The translations under genes were made by a program, and so were the position numbers. 64,000 bases of DNA from the human T2T-CHM13v2.0 reference genome, Homo sapiens: the NCBI RefSeq assembly GCF_009914755.1, contig NC_060931.1; one strand, given 5' to 3'. Shown in pieces: positions 40,601-63,775 of this stretch. Under the pieces are notes generated by a model that was given only the letters and a program-made list of their open reading frames with translations, was not told where the DNA came from and searched no databases. How positions within the stretch are numbered: the first letter of the stretch is position 1; each line of letters begins with the position of its first letter.

Positions 40601-42859
40601 ATATTTTAGCCTAGGAAAATTCTCAGAGTAAGTCTTCTGTCTTCTCTTTGACTTCATTCAGAAACACAGAAACTGTGTACTGAATGTGATCTACAACCCA
40701 GGAAACCCCACAAAGCATATACACAAACCATTGTCATTTGGTAATCTCATATTACCATGTATCTTTCCTGTCTCTGGGCCCAAGTTCTTTCTCCTGGACG
40801 ATGCAGACAATCATTACTAGCAAGCAGGGTTGATAGGAATTTTAACTGAGAAAAAAAATCTTTATGATAAAATATAACTATTCTGATATCTATGTTATAA
40901 ATATTTTCACCATCTAACCTGTGAGAATGCAAGCTCAAGGCAGGAATGAAGTTGGGGAAGTTTACACAACTAGGAGATGTTAGTACTAGAATCTAGCCTG
41001 CTCCAGACCAGCTGCCCCCAAACTTTCTTAATCCTCAACAAACCTAGATTCTTGAATCCCAGACTTCACATTGTAAGGATATTTCTCAGACATCTCCGTG
41101 AGAGCCTGCAAAAGCATAAAAAAGCCTAACAGAAATGTCAGAATATCCCGAAGCTATCACATTTGTATTTGATTCAACACTAAAGAATCCTCTGAAGTCC
41201 ATATTTAGGACACATCAAGTTTCTTCACACAGCTTCCGCTTCCCACTGCTTCCCACTGTTCCTGAAGAGACACAGATGAACAATTTTTTCCCTCTCGCCT
41301 CTTCTAAGAATGCCACTCATTCCTCCTATGACAGCGTGCACAGTCGAGGTTGACTTTTTAATTTTAGCAACTGTGTTTGAGGCAAAGTTGGACTTTCCAG
41401 TGTCATGAATGGGATCAGATCTTAGGGAAGGAAAATGTTGACATTTTCTAAGTGATTCTCTCTGTGGCTGGAAACGTAGGATGGAGTGCAGAAGATAATT
41501 TGATTTGTGGAAGTGGACTTTGGTCATGATCTTAAGTTGTCTAGACAACACACATCTGGCTTATATGTTGCGTGTTATATTTCTCTTGGCACCTTCAAGC
41601 CCTTGTCATAGTTTCCATCATGGTACTCGGTCCATCTGTGGAGCTGCAATGTACAGTTTGGTACAGAAGCGGGGTTATAGGTTATGCACTTGGAAGGAGT
41701 GAATTTAGGAACCTGCCTGTGCTCACTCCAGCACTCAGACTACACTGGAATTATTGGGTCACAAAGAAAATATAAGGGTGAGAGATCTCATGTAATCTCT
41801 TTATTTTACACAGAAGTTAACAGTCAAGTAGGGAGATTAGTGTCTTGCTGTAGAGGCAGAACTGGTCTTCAAGACCAGTGTTCCTACTCCTGATCTTATG
41901 ACCTTTCCAAATGACTTCTGAGTATTCTGTAGATATTACCTTATTTACTCCTTAAAATAACCCTATCAGTAGGGATTAACCCATTTATGAATGAGCAAGT
42001 TAGGGCTTAGAACTTTGGTTAAATTGTTTAAGATCTTACAAGTACATTGTGGAACTGGAGTTCAGCCCTAAGTACACCAACCCTCCTAACTTTGTTGATC
42101 ATCTCACTAAATTTCCATGGCTAACTCAAGATGAATTTACAGTGACATTTTGTGCTTGGTTACAGAGTTGGACTTCATGCTTCATTTGACATGCTTTATG
42201 TTGCCATGAGCCTTGATGACTAGATTTAAAGTCCTGGGGATAACTGATGTTGTAAGATTCTCACCCTCACATCCTGGTTTCCTCACATGGCCTCGGGCTC
42301 AGAGGTAGGCAGAACCCCACGGCTGTAGGTCATGATGTCTAGGGCAACCCCAGTGCCTCCCTCTGTTGTAGTGCTGGGGTACAGCTCAACCTTTAGCCTG
42401 CGTACATGTCAACACCAGGCATCATCACAGCCAGAAAAACACCCTGGATGAGAAGAGAAATGGTTATTCTAGACAGAGAAACAATATTATGGATTTTATC
42501 AACATGTAATTGTTTGCCAATCCAATATACTTTCCTTCCATGGGTCTCATCTTGTTGAAGGCTCCAGGCACCAGACACATTGCTAAGTATGGTTCATATA
42601 TCCATTAAATTTAGTATTTTTAGTCTCATACTAGGCATATACAGGCAGTATTATTGTGTCAATTTTTTTTTGGATGAGGAAACCAGATTTTTAAAAGGGA
42701 AAATGAAATACTCAAGGCTGCTGCTTTAAATTTAAGTAAAGTTTGGCAGTTTTTTTCTTTATTGTCTACTTCCATGTCTGCATTTGTAAATGGCTAGTTT
42801 ATGCATTTTTCTCCAGTTTTCCTTGTGATGTGTTGCTCTTTCTTACATAATTTAAAAAA

Positions 42860-43055
42860 TAATTTTCAACTTTTATTTTAGATATGGGGGTACATGTGCA
42901 AGTTTGTTATTAAATACATGGTTATATTGCATGATGCTAAGGTTTGGAGTACAGATCCAATCACTTAGGTAATGAGCATAGTACCCAACAGGTAGTTTTC
43001 CAACCCAGGTGCCCCTCTCCCCATGCTCCAGTAGTTTGCAGTTATCTATTGTTCC
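42860..43055 (-). mobile_element. L1PA15/16 or L1PB4-type 3' end stub
   Basis: aacttttattttagatatgggggtacatgtgcaag...gagcatagtacccaacaggtag. Confidence 0.8.
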
Positions 43056-43984
43056 TATGGCAATGTCCATCTCACACAATTTTGTAAGAGATTTTAATGA
43101 ACCAAGGACATCCACCTTTGTCTCTGGGTGGGGTGTGCCGCTCAACTTTCCCAGAGTTTGGCATTTGCCCTTTATCTTTCTTTATAGTGGGATTGATACC
43201 CAGGGTATTAGTACCATCCTCAGAATCAGGACTTATAGGTGGACTCAGTTTCATGGAGCAATCAAGGGAATGATCCAGTGATGCATGTTTGTTTGTGTGG
43301 CATGCACAACTATTTCAACAGCCACTGTTTTCGACATTAGCATTTGGCAGGGAGACAAAAAAATGAACTTTTGATTAATTTAGAAGAATTTGCCTGTCTC
43401 CTCCAGGATTTGTGAGGTTCAGTCTTCATACATACTTTCATATCCCTCCTTTGCTATGTCTAACCCCGATTCTTTACCGCATATTGGGGAAGATGTTCTG
43501 TTTTGGTTACTTCCTTAATCCAGCTTGTGTGTCATTCTTTCCACTCTTAAATGAACACAGTCATATAGCCTGCTTTTTTGGTGATATCGGGGTCATTTTA
43601 GCATTGTTATTATAATCATTTTTATTTTCATTACCTGAACCCTTAAAAACCATAGTCAATGTTTACATTGCAAAAAGCAAACTAGCGCTGTGTCCATAGA
43701 AACCACAACATAAAAGCAAAGATAGGCTGTTGAGGATGGCAACACACTTAAACTACAGACTTAAGTCCCATCACAGGAGTGATGCAACGATGGAAAGTCC
43801 ATTGTTGGAGACCACAAAACATGGTTGCCAACTTCAGCAGCAAGTGGAAAAAAACTGTTGAAGGCAGATAATCTATGCCATTGACTTGGCACTAAAATTA
43901 ACACTGCTTTCAACCCCTATTTTGGGAGCTTCTTCTAAAGGGTGTTGTACTTTAACCCCTATTTTCTGCATTATTTGTTGAAAA

Positions 43985-44075
43985 CAGGACTTTTCTCAGG
44001 CAGGGAAGTGGAAAGACTTGGGATGTGAAACTTTCAGTGATAAAACTGGGACAGCTCAGGCAAACCAGGACAGTA
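43985..44075. mobile_element. MER94-like hAT-Blackjack fragment
   Basis: ggatgtgaaactttcagtgataaaactgggacag...ggcaaaccaggac. Confidence 0.5.
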
Positions 44076-45164
44076 AATCCTCCCGGCTAACAGGACAGCC
44101 AGCACCAACCACCAAGCATGAGATGAGCTCTCAGAGCTGTGCTGCCCAAGTCAAGGCTTTCAGGACTGCACCATCAGGAATATGTGACAATAACTGCATC
44201 CCAAGCCAGATCTGCCAGGCTGAGCCTAATCAATTCATAGAACTGTGAGATTTGGCTACTAATTGTTGCTGTAGGTATTAAGTTTTGGGATAATTCATTA
44301 ACAAGCAGTAGGTACACATAGGAAGAGGATTCTAGGAACAGAAATTGTCTTGTTATGACAAGCATCACACAAGAGTATGAGCCATTGCTTTGCAGAGAGC
44401 AAATCTGGATGCACACAAATTAGATGCTTTCTTGATATGGCGGCTCTTGAGTTCTGAGACATGACCACATTCACTCAAGACCAGTCTTTTGAAGGACACA
44501 GAGAGTAACTAGTTGTATGCTGTGAACACTTGCAGTAGCATAGCCACAGCAAAACTCCTCTGTTGTACAAAAGGCATAGAGTGGAAAGTGGGTAAAAGCA
44601 TTTTTAATGACATTTTTGAAGAAATAAAATCAGGCAACGGCAGAGCTCCAAGTTAGGTGATACAGGCAAGTCATCAATGAATTCATATGCATATTTAGTT
44701 TTATGAACAATGGTTGCCAAGTGCCTGCTCTGGATTAGGCATTGCATCTGCTGTTGAGGATGAAAAGAAACTTAAAACAAAATTCCCTTCCCCTGGGGAA
44801 CTGTTAGTACAGCCAAGAAAGAGGACGTAAATAAACACTTGCCATACTGTGAGCTTAACCCACAGGATGTGCGGAAGCCAGGAAGAGCATGGGCTAATGC
44901 ACAAGCCCCCTGTCCTTCAGCTTTGCGATGGCATCCCCATTGCTCAATCTCTGGGTGTCAGCAAAGTGGAATCAGCCTGCTGATCTTTCAGGACCATTTG
45001 ATGATGAAATGAGACAATTTATAGGAAATCTTTCAAGGCTGTGCTTTGGAAACTCTAGATTCATAAATGTAAGTCACCTTCCCCTCTTCCTACATTTTAT
45101 TAAAGTTTCAAAGTCAATTTCGCCACATCAGATGTTGGGAGTGAATGTATGTAAGATGCCCTTT

Positions 45165-45458
45165 GGTGGGTGCAGTGGCTCATGCCTCTAGTCCCAGCAT
45201 TTTTGGAAGTAGAGAAGGAGGTATTGCTTAAGCCCAGTACTTTGAGACCAGCCTGGGCAATATAGCAAGACCTCATCTCTTATAAAACATGTAAAAATTG
45301 GCTGGTTGTGGTCGAATTCGCCTGTAGTTCCAGCTACTTGGGAGGCTGAAATGGGAGGAGCACCAGAGTGTGGGAGGTGGAGGATGCAGTAAGCTATGAT
45401 CATTTCCCTGCACTCCAGCCTGGGCGACAGAGTAAAACCCTATGTAAAAAAAAAAAAA
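45165..45458 (+). mobile_element. AluJ
   Basis: Alu dimer; degenerate TSD aagatgcccttt/aagctgaccttt. Confidence 0.88.
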
Positions 45459-45884
45459 GCTGACCTTTGTCTCATGGTGTGTGGGAATGAGGCCCATATA
45501 CCATTTCCTTTTTGATGACTCACATGAACATCGACAATGGAAAGCTCTAAGGATTTCTGTAATTTTAAAAAAGAACAATTTAAGGCTGTTTCACCTAGCA
45601 TTTCTGGAATTTGTTTTACCATTGCATTCTTTTCTCAGGAAACACCTTTTAACTGCCCATGACGTACATTTTGTAAAAAGCTACTATCCCTGATAGCCTA
45701 CTTGAGGGAATAAAAATATTTTCACTAATGCTTAGGCAGTTCCTAGAAAGATCAGTTAAGAATGGCTAAAGATCTGGTGAGGGCTGACGCACTGTGGACA
45801 TGACGCAGACGATTGCAGCTGTAGAAGAGAGACTATCTAAAACAGACATGAAGGAACATCAATGCTTAAAACTTTTGGCTTCAT

Positions 45885-46251
<367 letters not shown>

Positions 46252-47399
46252 TCAAGGCTTCACTATCTTGAGTCAGGGGCTATTTTAGACAATAACTTAG
46301 AAAATTAGGAATAGAGCGCTCTTTCTGCATTCCATTTTGTTCGCTGTCTAAAGCAACCATGCAGCATCCGATGCGTTCATATTGCAAGTGAGACAGCAGA
46401 AGGAATCTCCCATCAGCACTATTTTCAACACCAGAAATGAAATAAAACACTATAGCAATAACTAAACGAACTACAGTCCAAAAGAAGAGGAAATAAGGTT
46501 ATTATTACTTGCAGATGATATCGTGGTTCTCTGGAAAACGGTGGAGAAAAATTAGAAAACTACTACAACTAATAATTGAATGCAGTAAAATGTTGTTAGT
46601 TAAAAATAAATATACAAAGAAATAACTTTTTAAAGTAGAAGTCATAAACCTATAAAATAAGGAAAACAAATTATTCTTTTCACAGTAGCAGAGAAGTATA
46701 AAATAGGTAAATATAAATTTCGTATATATGAGGCCTATATGAAAAAAAAAAACCTAAAACATGTACTAAGTCCCTTAAAATAGCCAGCACTTCTGGATGA
46801 AAGGGTTGGGTTCTTGGCCAAGGTGTGAGAATGGAGGGAAGCAGAGCATGTGGACAGGAGCCAGCGCTGGGTGTGCTCATGGGTGTGTGACCAGGAAGCC
46901 AGTGTGGCCCCGGGAAAGAATTCCAACAGGTGCCCTCATCAGTTAGGGTCTCCTAAGCCAGAGGGTGGGAGGGTATTTTTTCTCTCTCAGTGTGAAGAGT
47001 AGTATAGTGTGGTTATCACAGGGAATTAGCATTCAATTTTCTTTTAGAGGATTGCGCTAATTTGAGTGTGGGAATCACTGGCAGGGAGATGCCAGAGCGG
47101 ACACAGGGAGAACTTACCAGAAGGCAGTCCAGGAGCCCAGGTGGGACAAGGGTGGTGGCCTTTCCCTGGGTGCTGGCTTGCAGGGGTGAGAGTGCTCACA
47201 CAAAAAGGCAAAGTGTGTCACAGTGGCATGGGGGAAACAGCTAACCTTTGCACATTTATTTATTTATGTTAATATTACACCATGTACAACATTACACTTT
47301 ATACACTCCAAATGGATGGAAGATTTCAAGGTTAGCCCTGGAGCTAACCTCTGTCAAGTGTAAGGGCATGCTGAGAAGATTCTAGGAAAGATACTTAGA

Positions 47400-47700
47400 G
47401 AGGGGGCAGGCTTATCCTGCTTCTTCACTTGCCCACTCTACTCCATTTCCTCCTGCTGATGTTGTGGAAGGTGGATGTGATGGCTGGAGCTCTGCCTGCT
47501 GTGTTTGCTTGTGAAGGACTCCTACATGTGGAAGCCACAGGCTGGAGATAGTGGTCAGGAAGATAGATGCCTGGGCCCTGAAACTGCCGTCTGAGCACTC
47601 AACTGCCTTCTCTCAGAATTCCTTCCCTCAACCAATAATTAAATTTCTGTCTTGGTTGAACCACCCATATTTTAGTTTTTTCTGTCACTCACAGGAAAAA
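47400..47700 (+). mobile_element. MLT1-type LTR fragment
   Basis: gatgtgatggctggagctc...gcctgggccctg...tctgtcactcac. Confidence 0.55.
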
Positions 47701-48081
47701 AAGATTATTGACTGATATAGTGGGCAATTAGTTTTAGGTGATTTTATATATCAATAGCCAAAAAGAAAAACTACTTTTTTCTAAATCCCAAGCAAAGGAC
47801 ATGCCAAAAAAATTCAGAGTTGTAAATAGACAAAAATATAAAATATATTCAATCCCATTCTTAGCTAAAAAATTCTACTCACAGAAAAAATATTTTTTAA
47901 TCAAGCATATAAATACATGTTTAACTGATAACTTCAAGATTAGAAAGAATGCAGGATTATTGTTAAGAGAGCATTTTGTTATAAACTCCTAAGAGGGCAA
48001 CTTTCAACACTGAACTTCCTCAGAAATTGTTTTCTTTTTCATTCAATAATGTTATATCTGTCATATATCCTAAAGATATGA

Positions 48082-48388
48082 AGTAATCCCTTTTATCTGC
48101 AGCAGATATGTTCCCAGATCCCCAGTGGATGCCTGAAAGGCTTATATATGCTAAGTTTTTTTCCTATACATACATACCTGTGATAAAGTTTAATTTATAA
48201 ATTAGGTACACTAAGATATTAACAAAAATAATAATAAAATAGAATAATTATAACAATACACTATAATAAAAATTATGTGAATGTGGTCTCTCTCAAAATA
48301 TTTTGTATGTAATATTTTTGACTGTAGTTGATCATGAGTGACTGAAACCACAGAAAGCAAACTGTGGATAAAGGGAGAGAGACTACTG
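48082..48388 (-). mobile_element. MER44A (Tigger7 family)
   Basis: cccagtggatgcctgaaa, gataaagtttaatttataaattagg, gtgaatgtggtctctctcaaaata; ends gactactg-ta. Confidence 0.85.
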
Positions 48389-49069
48389 TAATATTTATGA
48401 ACCTACCTGTGACAGCATTATTTAAGTGGAAGAACTAGAAATAAATGCAATGTTTAACATTGAAAATTAATTAAATATTTGGTTCCTCTGTTCAATGAAA
48501 TATGATGTTGCTATTACACATATTGTAGAAAAAATATTAGTGAAATAGAAAGGTTTTCAAAATATGTTTTGGAGGTGGAAATGAAGATGAAAAACATAAG
48601 GTTTTCATTTTTGTAACTTCTGTTAAAATATAACTAAAATTTTCCTAATCTCTTCTTTTATATTCTATGCCATAGTAGTTCTCTGATTCTTTCTCTCTCT
48701 CTCATCTCTTCCCCTTTCATATCCCAAATTACTGAATTATTTGTAATATGTAATTTCTATATTAATTGTTTCTACCTCCCTGTAGTTTATTCTTGCTAGC
48801 CCAGTGAAACCTGACCTTTGTTCCTGACCTTTTGGTAAAAATTTCCCTGTTCTCAGGAGACTTCTGAGAGAGAATTTTTTTTCCCCACTTCTCTTTCTTA
48901 CCCAACTATCTTCTGAAATCTCTGGTTATGTGTTCATCCCTGAGCTTGGGCTAACCCTGTCTGCCAATTGCAGATAATCTCTGCCTTGGATCGTGCTGGC
49001 TACTCCTCCTGGGATGTCTTCTTGTACTCCAACTCAGTTTAAATGAAGATCATCTTGTTTGGAGATATT

Positions 49070-49500
49070 TAGATTTGGATGACTCTTGCAGATGTGACTG
49101 GGAGGGGATTAGATTTCAGGCTTGCCCCACGGGAAGACAAGCAAGATGGCAAAGATGATGAGTTCAGTTTTTTGGATGGAGATCTCAAGAGAAGTGTCCA
49201 CAGGCAACATGAATTATGGCTCTTGAGCTCTGGCAAAAGGTCAAAACTAAAGATATAGGTCAGTTATAAGGTATGGAGAAGTTATAGCAAACAGAGGGAA
49301 TGAGTTCATCTGGAGAGAGACCCAAAAGAGAAGAAGGGTGAGAAGAACACAACCTGAAGAACTAGTCTATCAAGGATCAAGCTGGACAGAAGGATAGAAA
49401 AACAGAAAAGGAGAATTGCAAGAGTGCTGTCTTGTGGTGAAGGAAAATAAGGAAAGATACTGAGACAGAGGGACGGATCTACTCTGTCAGAGGCTGAGAA
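49070..49500. mobile_element. L2 LINE fragment
   Basis: gatgatgagttcagttttttgga...ctaaagatatag, purine-rich L2 pattern. Confidence 0.55.
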
Positions 49501-49606
49501 GCATGAGGTTGCAGAGAGGACGCTGGGTGTGCCAACTTTCAAAGGCAAATATAGGATGCTTCGTGCTGCTCGAAACCACTCTGAATTTCTAAAGAGTACA
49601 TGTTGT

Positions 49607-50080
<474 letters not shown>

Positions 50081-50296
50081 TTATATGATTGAAAACATCT
50101 GAGCCATAAAGTCCAGTGTAGAATAACAGGCATTCAAAGTAAAGTATTAATTTGTATTCTTATGGAAACTAGAGTTTACCGAACATTTTCTGCGTTTTAA
50201 AAGTAGAAACCAAAATTTGCCATCTTGACTTCGATTGGCACCAGCGAGGGAAACCTTTCAAAGTCTACACAGAAAATCTGACCCAGGTGTTTGCTA

Positions 50297-50604
<308 letters not shown>

Positions 50605-51179
50605 GGTGTTTGCTATTTTTAAGACATTGGACAAGCTACCGGTAAGTCAGTTTTATTGTCTGTAAAATGGGGATAAAAAATTATCTCCTGCCGACATAAA
50701 TTTTTTTTTTTTTAAATAAAATGAGCCAGTGAGGATGAAAGAGCACTGCAAGATGTTCTCCCAGGAATTCTTGCATTCTAGGAAAATCAGAACATTTCTG
50801 GTAATAGAATTTTTGACATTTTGAAGGAAGATATTTTAGGATATATGCAAAAAGAACAATTTCTCTTCTCTAATTACTTCATGGATTCTTTTTTTTTTTT
50901 TTTTTGCATTGAGATTTTGCTTGAATATCAATAGACAAGAGAAGCAGGTGGTTCAGGCACTTGTCTAGTGAGTGGAACGCTAACAAGAAGCAAGGAGCCG
51001 GCAGGACGCTCCCCTGTGCAATTGGTCAGGAGCCTGCTTGGCTGGTGCCAAGGATTTGTTCTCAGTGACAAGACAAATACAGAAATGGAAAGTGGTTACA
51101 AACTTCTGTAGCAATTTGGCACTTTATCTTATAAAAAGTAAATATCAGTCTACATCAAATAAGAAATTAAAAACAGAAA

Positions 51180-51335
51180 CAATTGGGTACTAGGCTGCTA
51201 AGCTTAGTGCCCAGGTGACAAAATAATCTGTACAACAAACCTGCATGACACAAGTTTACCTGTGTAGCAAACCTGAACATGTACCCCTGAAACTAAAATA
51301 AAAATTTTTTTAAATAAAACAAAACAAAACAAAAA
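51180..51335 (+). mobile_element. L1PA 3' end stub
   Basis: gggtactaggct...ataatctgtacaacaaac...catgtacccctgaaactaaaataaaa. Confidence 0.8.
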
Positions 51336-51472
51336 TACTTCTGTTTCTTTATCACAGATAATTTGAGAAGCACTAGTGTAAGGAAAAAAGAATAATAAAT
51401 AATGTCTACATTAAAACCCACCAGAAAACATACATACAGTGAGATACCTTTTTGGACATTAAAGAAATTTGA

Positions 51473-51783
<311 letters not shown>

Positions 51784-51811
51784 TCACACATATATTCCTA
51801 ATGAACTTGAC

Positions 51812-51843
51812 TATATATATTATATATATATATATATATATAT
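51812..51843. repeat. (TA)n microsatellite
   Basis: Direct reading. Confidence 0.9.
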
Positions 51844-53585
51844 GTTTATTTAGAAGTATTACATTGAATTAAGTGTTACATTTATTTTTTTAAATTATAT
51901 TTTTTTAAAAAATGTTCTTAGTCAGAACATTAAGAAGGATAGATAAAGGGCAATTACAAATTTGAGTACAGAAATAGTAAAATGCCCAGAAACAGACTGG
52001 CAAAGGCTATGGAGTGATTAATCTCACAAAAAGAAGCAGAATTTATTAATGTAAATAACAAAGTATTGCTGATACTTAAATTATTATGAGTTATATTGAA
52101 GAATTGTTTTGTATTTTAAAATAGCAAAACCCACAACAAAACTGTGTGGTAAAGTTGTGGTGAGATTTGTACATTTTAGCAAGCCTTGATATTTTTAGCT
52201 CATATGCTTTTTTGATAAGTAAAAATAAAAAAAAATTAAAAACAATTTCTCTACTGCTTAAATTCTGATATACATCTCCTACTGGGTGGTAAGATATGAG
52301 TTTAGAGTCATTGTATTTTTTTAGTAGTTGCACTAATAAGAAGTTTTCATTAAGCTTTACTTTCTAAAAATTATATTAAAATTGATATTTCTCTATTATC
52401 TAATCATAAATTATATCAAATATTCGTTTTAAATTTTATTTTTCCCTTTAAACATAACGACACACACTCAATTCATTGTGCTAGATAAATTACCAGTGCG
52501 ACACAAATTAAGATATGCAATTCAAAGAATTTTGCATACACGGAGTCCTGAAAGTGTTAATAACTTTCAATGCAAAGATAATTAATTTTATGAAAGTAAT
52601 AGAAGACCAAAAATAGGTATTAAACCATTATTTATTATGTAAGTATCTTCCTTTTTCTGAATCACCCATGATTACTTTCTCCAACAAGCAAAAGCTGACT
52701 ACATACTTCAAGATCTGTCTCAAATCTCCCCAGCCTCTTTTCTTAAACCTCTCTAGCCTCTCAGGACAGGCAGGCTGCTCCTGTACTTTGTGCATTCTAT
52801 TTTTAGTAAGAGGCCTATTTTGTCAGTTTTGTCTGAATGTGTATCTGCCAACCCCCAGACTTTCAGTCGCTTATTTATTTATTTGATCTCTTTTCTTGTA
52901 TTTCCCTTTTCCTTTTATTTCCTTTCTTTTTCCCTTTCCTCTTCGCTTCCTTTGCTTACTTCTTTTTTTTCCTTTAATTCCCATTCACTATTGCCATGAC
53001 TGTCAAATAGTAGGTTGATACTTTAAAATATTCTTAATAAATTGTTCTACACATCTGAAGGACCTATACAAATACAGTATTATAAGATGTGAGACTCAGG
53101 CCCAGTAAAAGATTCAAACAAAACTGAAAATGGTCAATTACATCTGAGCAGGAGACTTCATTTTTTTGTTTATCTGTATTCATTTATCTGTGTTTAAATT
53201 TCTAAAACCAAGTTATACAATTAAACATGAAGAAATTTCTGTTTTTAAAAAACATTCAAGCACAAGTTTGCTGTTGCTTTTGTTGTTATTTGCTTGAGAC
53301 ACACATACAATGTACTGGAGATATTAAAATAATGGTTGTGCTAAACTGGCATTTGAATGTACATAGACACAACTCCTGTTAATGTGTTCTTAAATGGAAG
53401 GCTATGTGTACCCAGAATCTATTGCACTAGCCTAGAATGCTACCCAGAGCAATTATTTAGGTGACAGGGCCCTTGAGGTTTTCTAAAGTCGCGTGGCGTT
53501 CATTACCTTCCCCGTGTAACCTCACAGAAAAGCCCATAGAAATAGAGACGCTGAGGCATGAAGTTCTGTGTTCCTCACTGGTGTT

Positions 53586-56018
<2,433 letters not shown>

Positions 56019-56029
56019 AGAGGTGTGAG

Positions 56030-57905
<1,876 letters not shown>

Positions 57906-57909
57906 TTTC

Positions 57910-58411
57910 TTTTTTTTTTCTTTTTCTTTTGATCTTCCCATTTTCTCTACCCATCAGCCTCTGGTAACTGACATTCTACTCTCTGCTTCTATGCGTTTGA
58001 CATTTAAAAATTCCATACATATGTAACATCATGCACTACTTGTCTTTCTATGTTTGGCTTATTTCACTTAGCATAATTTCCTCAGGATTATCCATGTGTG
58101 GCAAATGGCAGGATCACCTCCTTAAGGCTGAACAGTATTCCATTGTGCATATATACTACCATTTCTTTATACATTTATCTGTTGATGGACACTTGGGTTG
58201 ATTCCAGGTTTGGCTATTGTGAATAATGCTGCAGTAAACATGGAAGTGCAGATATCCCTTTGAGATCTGGATTTCATTTCCTCTGGGTATATACCCAAAA
58301 GTGGTATGGCTGGATCATGTGGCAGTTTTATATTTTTGAGTAACTTCCATACTGTTTTTCATAATAGCTATGCCAATTTACAGTCCAAAGAACAGTGTGC
58401 AAAGGTTCTCC
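57910..58411 (-). mobile_element. L1MA 3' fragment
   Basis: ctctggtaac...ttctactctctgcttctatg, ggcttatttcacttagcataat. Confidence 0.8.
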
Positions 58412-59092
58412 TTTTTTAAATTCTTTTTTTAAATTATACTTTAAGTTCTAGGGTACATGTGCACAACGTGCAGGTTTGTTACATATGTATACATGTGCCA
58501 TGTTGGTTTGCTGCACCCATCAACTCGTCATTTACATTAGGTATTTCTCCTAATGCTACCCCTTCCCCAACCCCCACCCCCTGACAGGCCCCTGTGTGTG
58601 ATGTTCCCTGCCCTGTGTCCAAGTGTTCTCATTGTTCAATTCCCACCTATGAGTGAGAACATGCAGTGTTTGGTTTTCTGTTCCTGTGTTAGTTTGCTGA
58701 GAATGATAGTTTCCAGCTTCATCCATGTCCCTGCAAAGGACATGAATTCATCCTTTTTTATGGCTGCACAGTATTCCATGGTGTATATGTGCCACATTTT
58801 CTTAATCTACTCTATCATTGATGGACATTTGGGTTGGTTCCAAGTCTTTGCTATTGTGAATAGTGCTGCAATAAACATACATGTGCATGTGTCTCTATAG
58901 TAGTATGATTTATAATCCTTTGGGTATATACCCAGTAATGGGATTGCTGGGTCAAATGATAATTCTAGTTCTAGAACCTTGAGGAATCACCACGCTGTCT
59001 TCCACAACGGTTGAACTAATTTACACTCCCACCAACAGTGTAAAAGCAATCTCATTTCTCCACATCCTCTCCAGCATCTGTTGTTTCCTGAC

Positions 59093-59394
59093 TTTTTTTT
59101 TTTTTTTTTTTTTGAGACAGAGTCTCACTCTGTCGCCCAGGCTGGAGTGCAGTGGCGCAATCTCTGCTCTCTGCAAGCTCTGCCTCCTGGGTTCACTCCA
59201 TTCTCCTGCCTCAGCCACCTAAGTAGCTGGGACTACAGGTGCCCGCCACCACGCCCAGCTAATTTTTTGTATTTTTAGTAGAGACGAAGTTTCACCGTGT
59301 TAGCCAGGATGGTCTTGATCTCCTGACCTGGTGATCCACCCGCCTCAGCCTCCCGAAGTGCTGGGATTACAGGCGTGAGCCACCGCGCCCGGCC
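59093..59394 (-). mobile_element. AluY inserted in L1PA7
   Basis: Y diagnostics; TSD ttcctgactttt. Confidence 0.93.
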
Positions 59395-59497
59395 TTCCTG
59401 ACTTTTTAATGATTGCCATTCTAACTGGCGTGAGACGGTATCTCATTGTGGTTTTGATTTGCATTTCTCTGATGACCAGTGATGATGAGAATTTTTC

Positions 59498-60488
59498 TTT
59501 TTCTTTTTTCTTTTTTTAAATCTCAGGAATTGTTCAACTATCCACTTATTTGAACAGATGAAATAAAACATTGTTATCAGTGAAGACAATGATCAGCTAT
59601 AAGGAGACATATAAAATAACAGTGGTTTAAACTAATTCCTTTCCGAGTTTACTGAGCGTAGGGATTAGCTGGGGATTGTTAAAATGCAGATTGTCATTCA
59701 ATGCGTCAGGATGGGGCCTGAAAATCTGCAGTTCTGACAAGGTTGCAAGGAATACTGATGATGCTGGTGGGTTGAGGACCACACTCTAAGTAACAAGGAT
59801 GTAAAAAAGCTTATTTATTACATAAAAAGTAGAGGTAGAAAGTTCAGGGCTGGTAAGACAGCTCCCCAAGTTATTCAAGGTCCCACCTCCTTTCACTTTC
59901 AGATTTCACCATCTTTAGGGTGTGGTCTTCATTCTTATGGTCCATTATGTAGCTCCAGCTATCATATCTATGTCCCATGCAGCAGGATGGAAAAAATGGG
60001 ATGGTAGGAGGAGCGTGGGAACCATAAGAATATGCCAGTGTCTCTCAAGGAAGATTTCTGGAATCTACCACATGAAAATTTCAAACCTTTTCTATTAGCC
60101 AGAACTTAGTCACCTGACCACATCCAGGTGAGAGGCAAGCTGGGAAATGTTACTTTTTTTTTATTATTATTATACTTTAAGTTTTAGGATACATGTGCAC
60201 AACGTGCAGGTTTGTTACATATGTATACATGTGCCATGTTGGTGTGCTGCACCCATTAACTCGTTATTTAGCATTAGGTATATCTCCTAATGCTCTCCCT
60301 CCCCCCTCCCCCCACCCCACAACAGTCCCCGGTGTGTGATGTTCCCCTTCCTGTGTCCATGTGTTCTCATTGTTCAATTCCCACCTATGAGTGAGAACAT
60401 GCGGTGTTAGGTTTTTTGTCCTTGCGATAGTTTGCTGAGAATGATGGTTTCCAGCTTCATCCATGTCCCTACAAAGGACATGAACTCA
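59498..60488 (-). mobile_element. L1PA4-like 3' stub (60154-60488) with 3'-transduced flank (59518-60153) and second poly(A)
   Basis: TSD gatgatgag(a/c)atttttc at 59481-59497 / 60489-60505. The cargo contains MER5A-like (~59620-59798) and MLT1-like (~59800-60153) sequence. Confidence 0.85.
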
Positions 60489-60489
60489 G

Positions 60490-63775
<3,286 letters not shown>

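Noticed and set aside
51038-51051. NFI-like TTGGCtggtGCCAA
   Set aside because: Spacer is 4 nt; the canonical site needs 5
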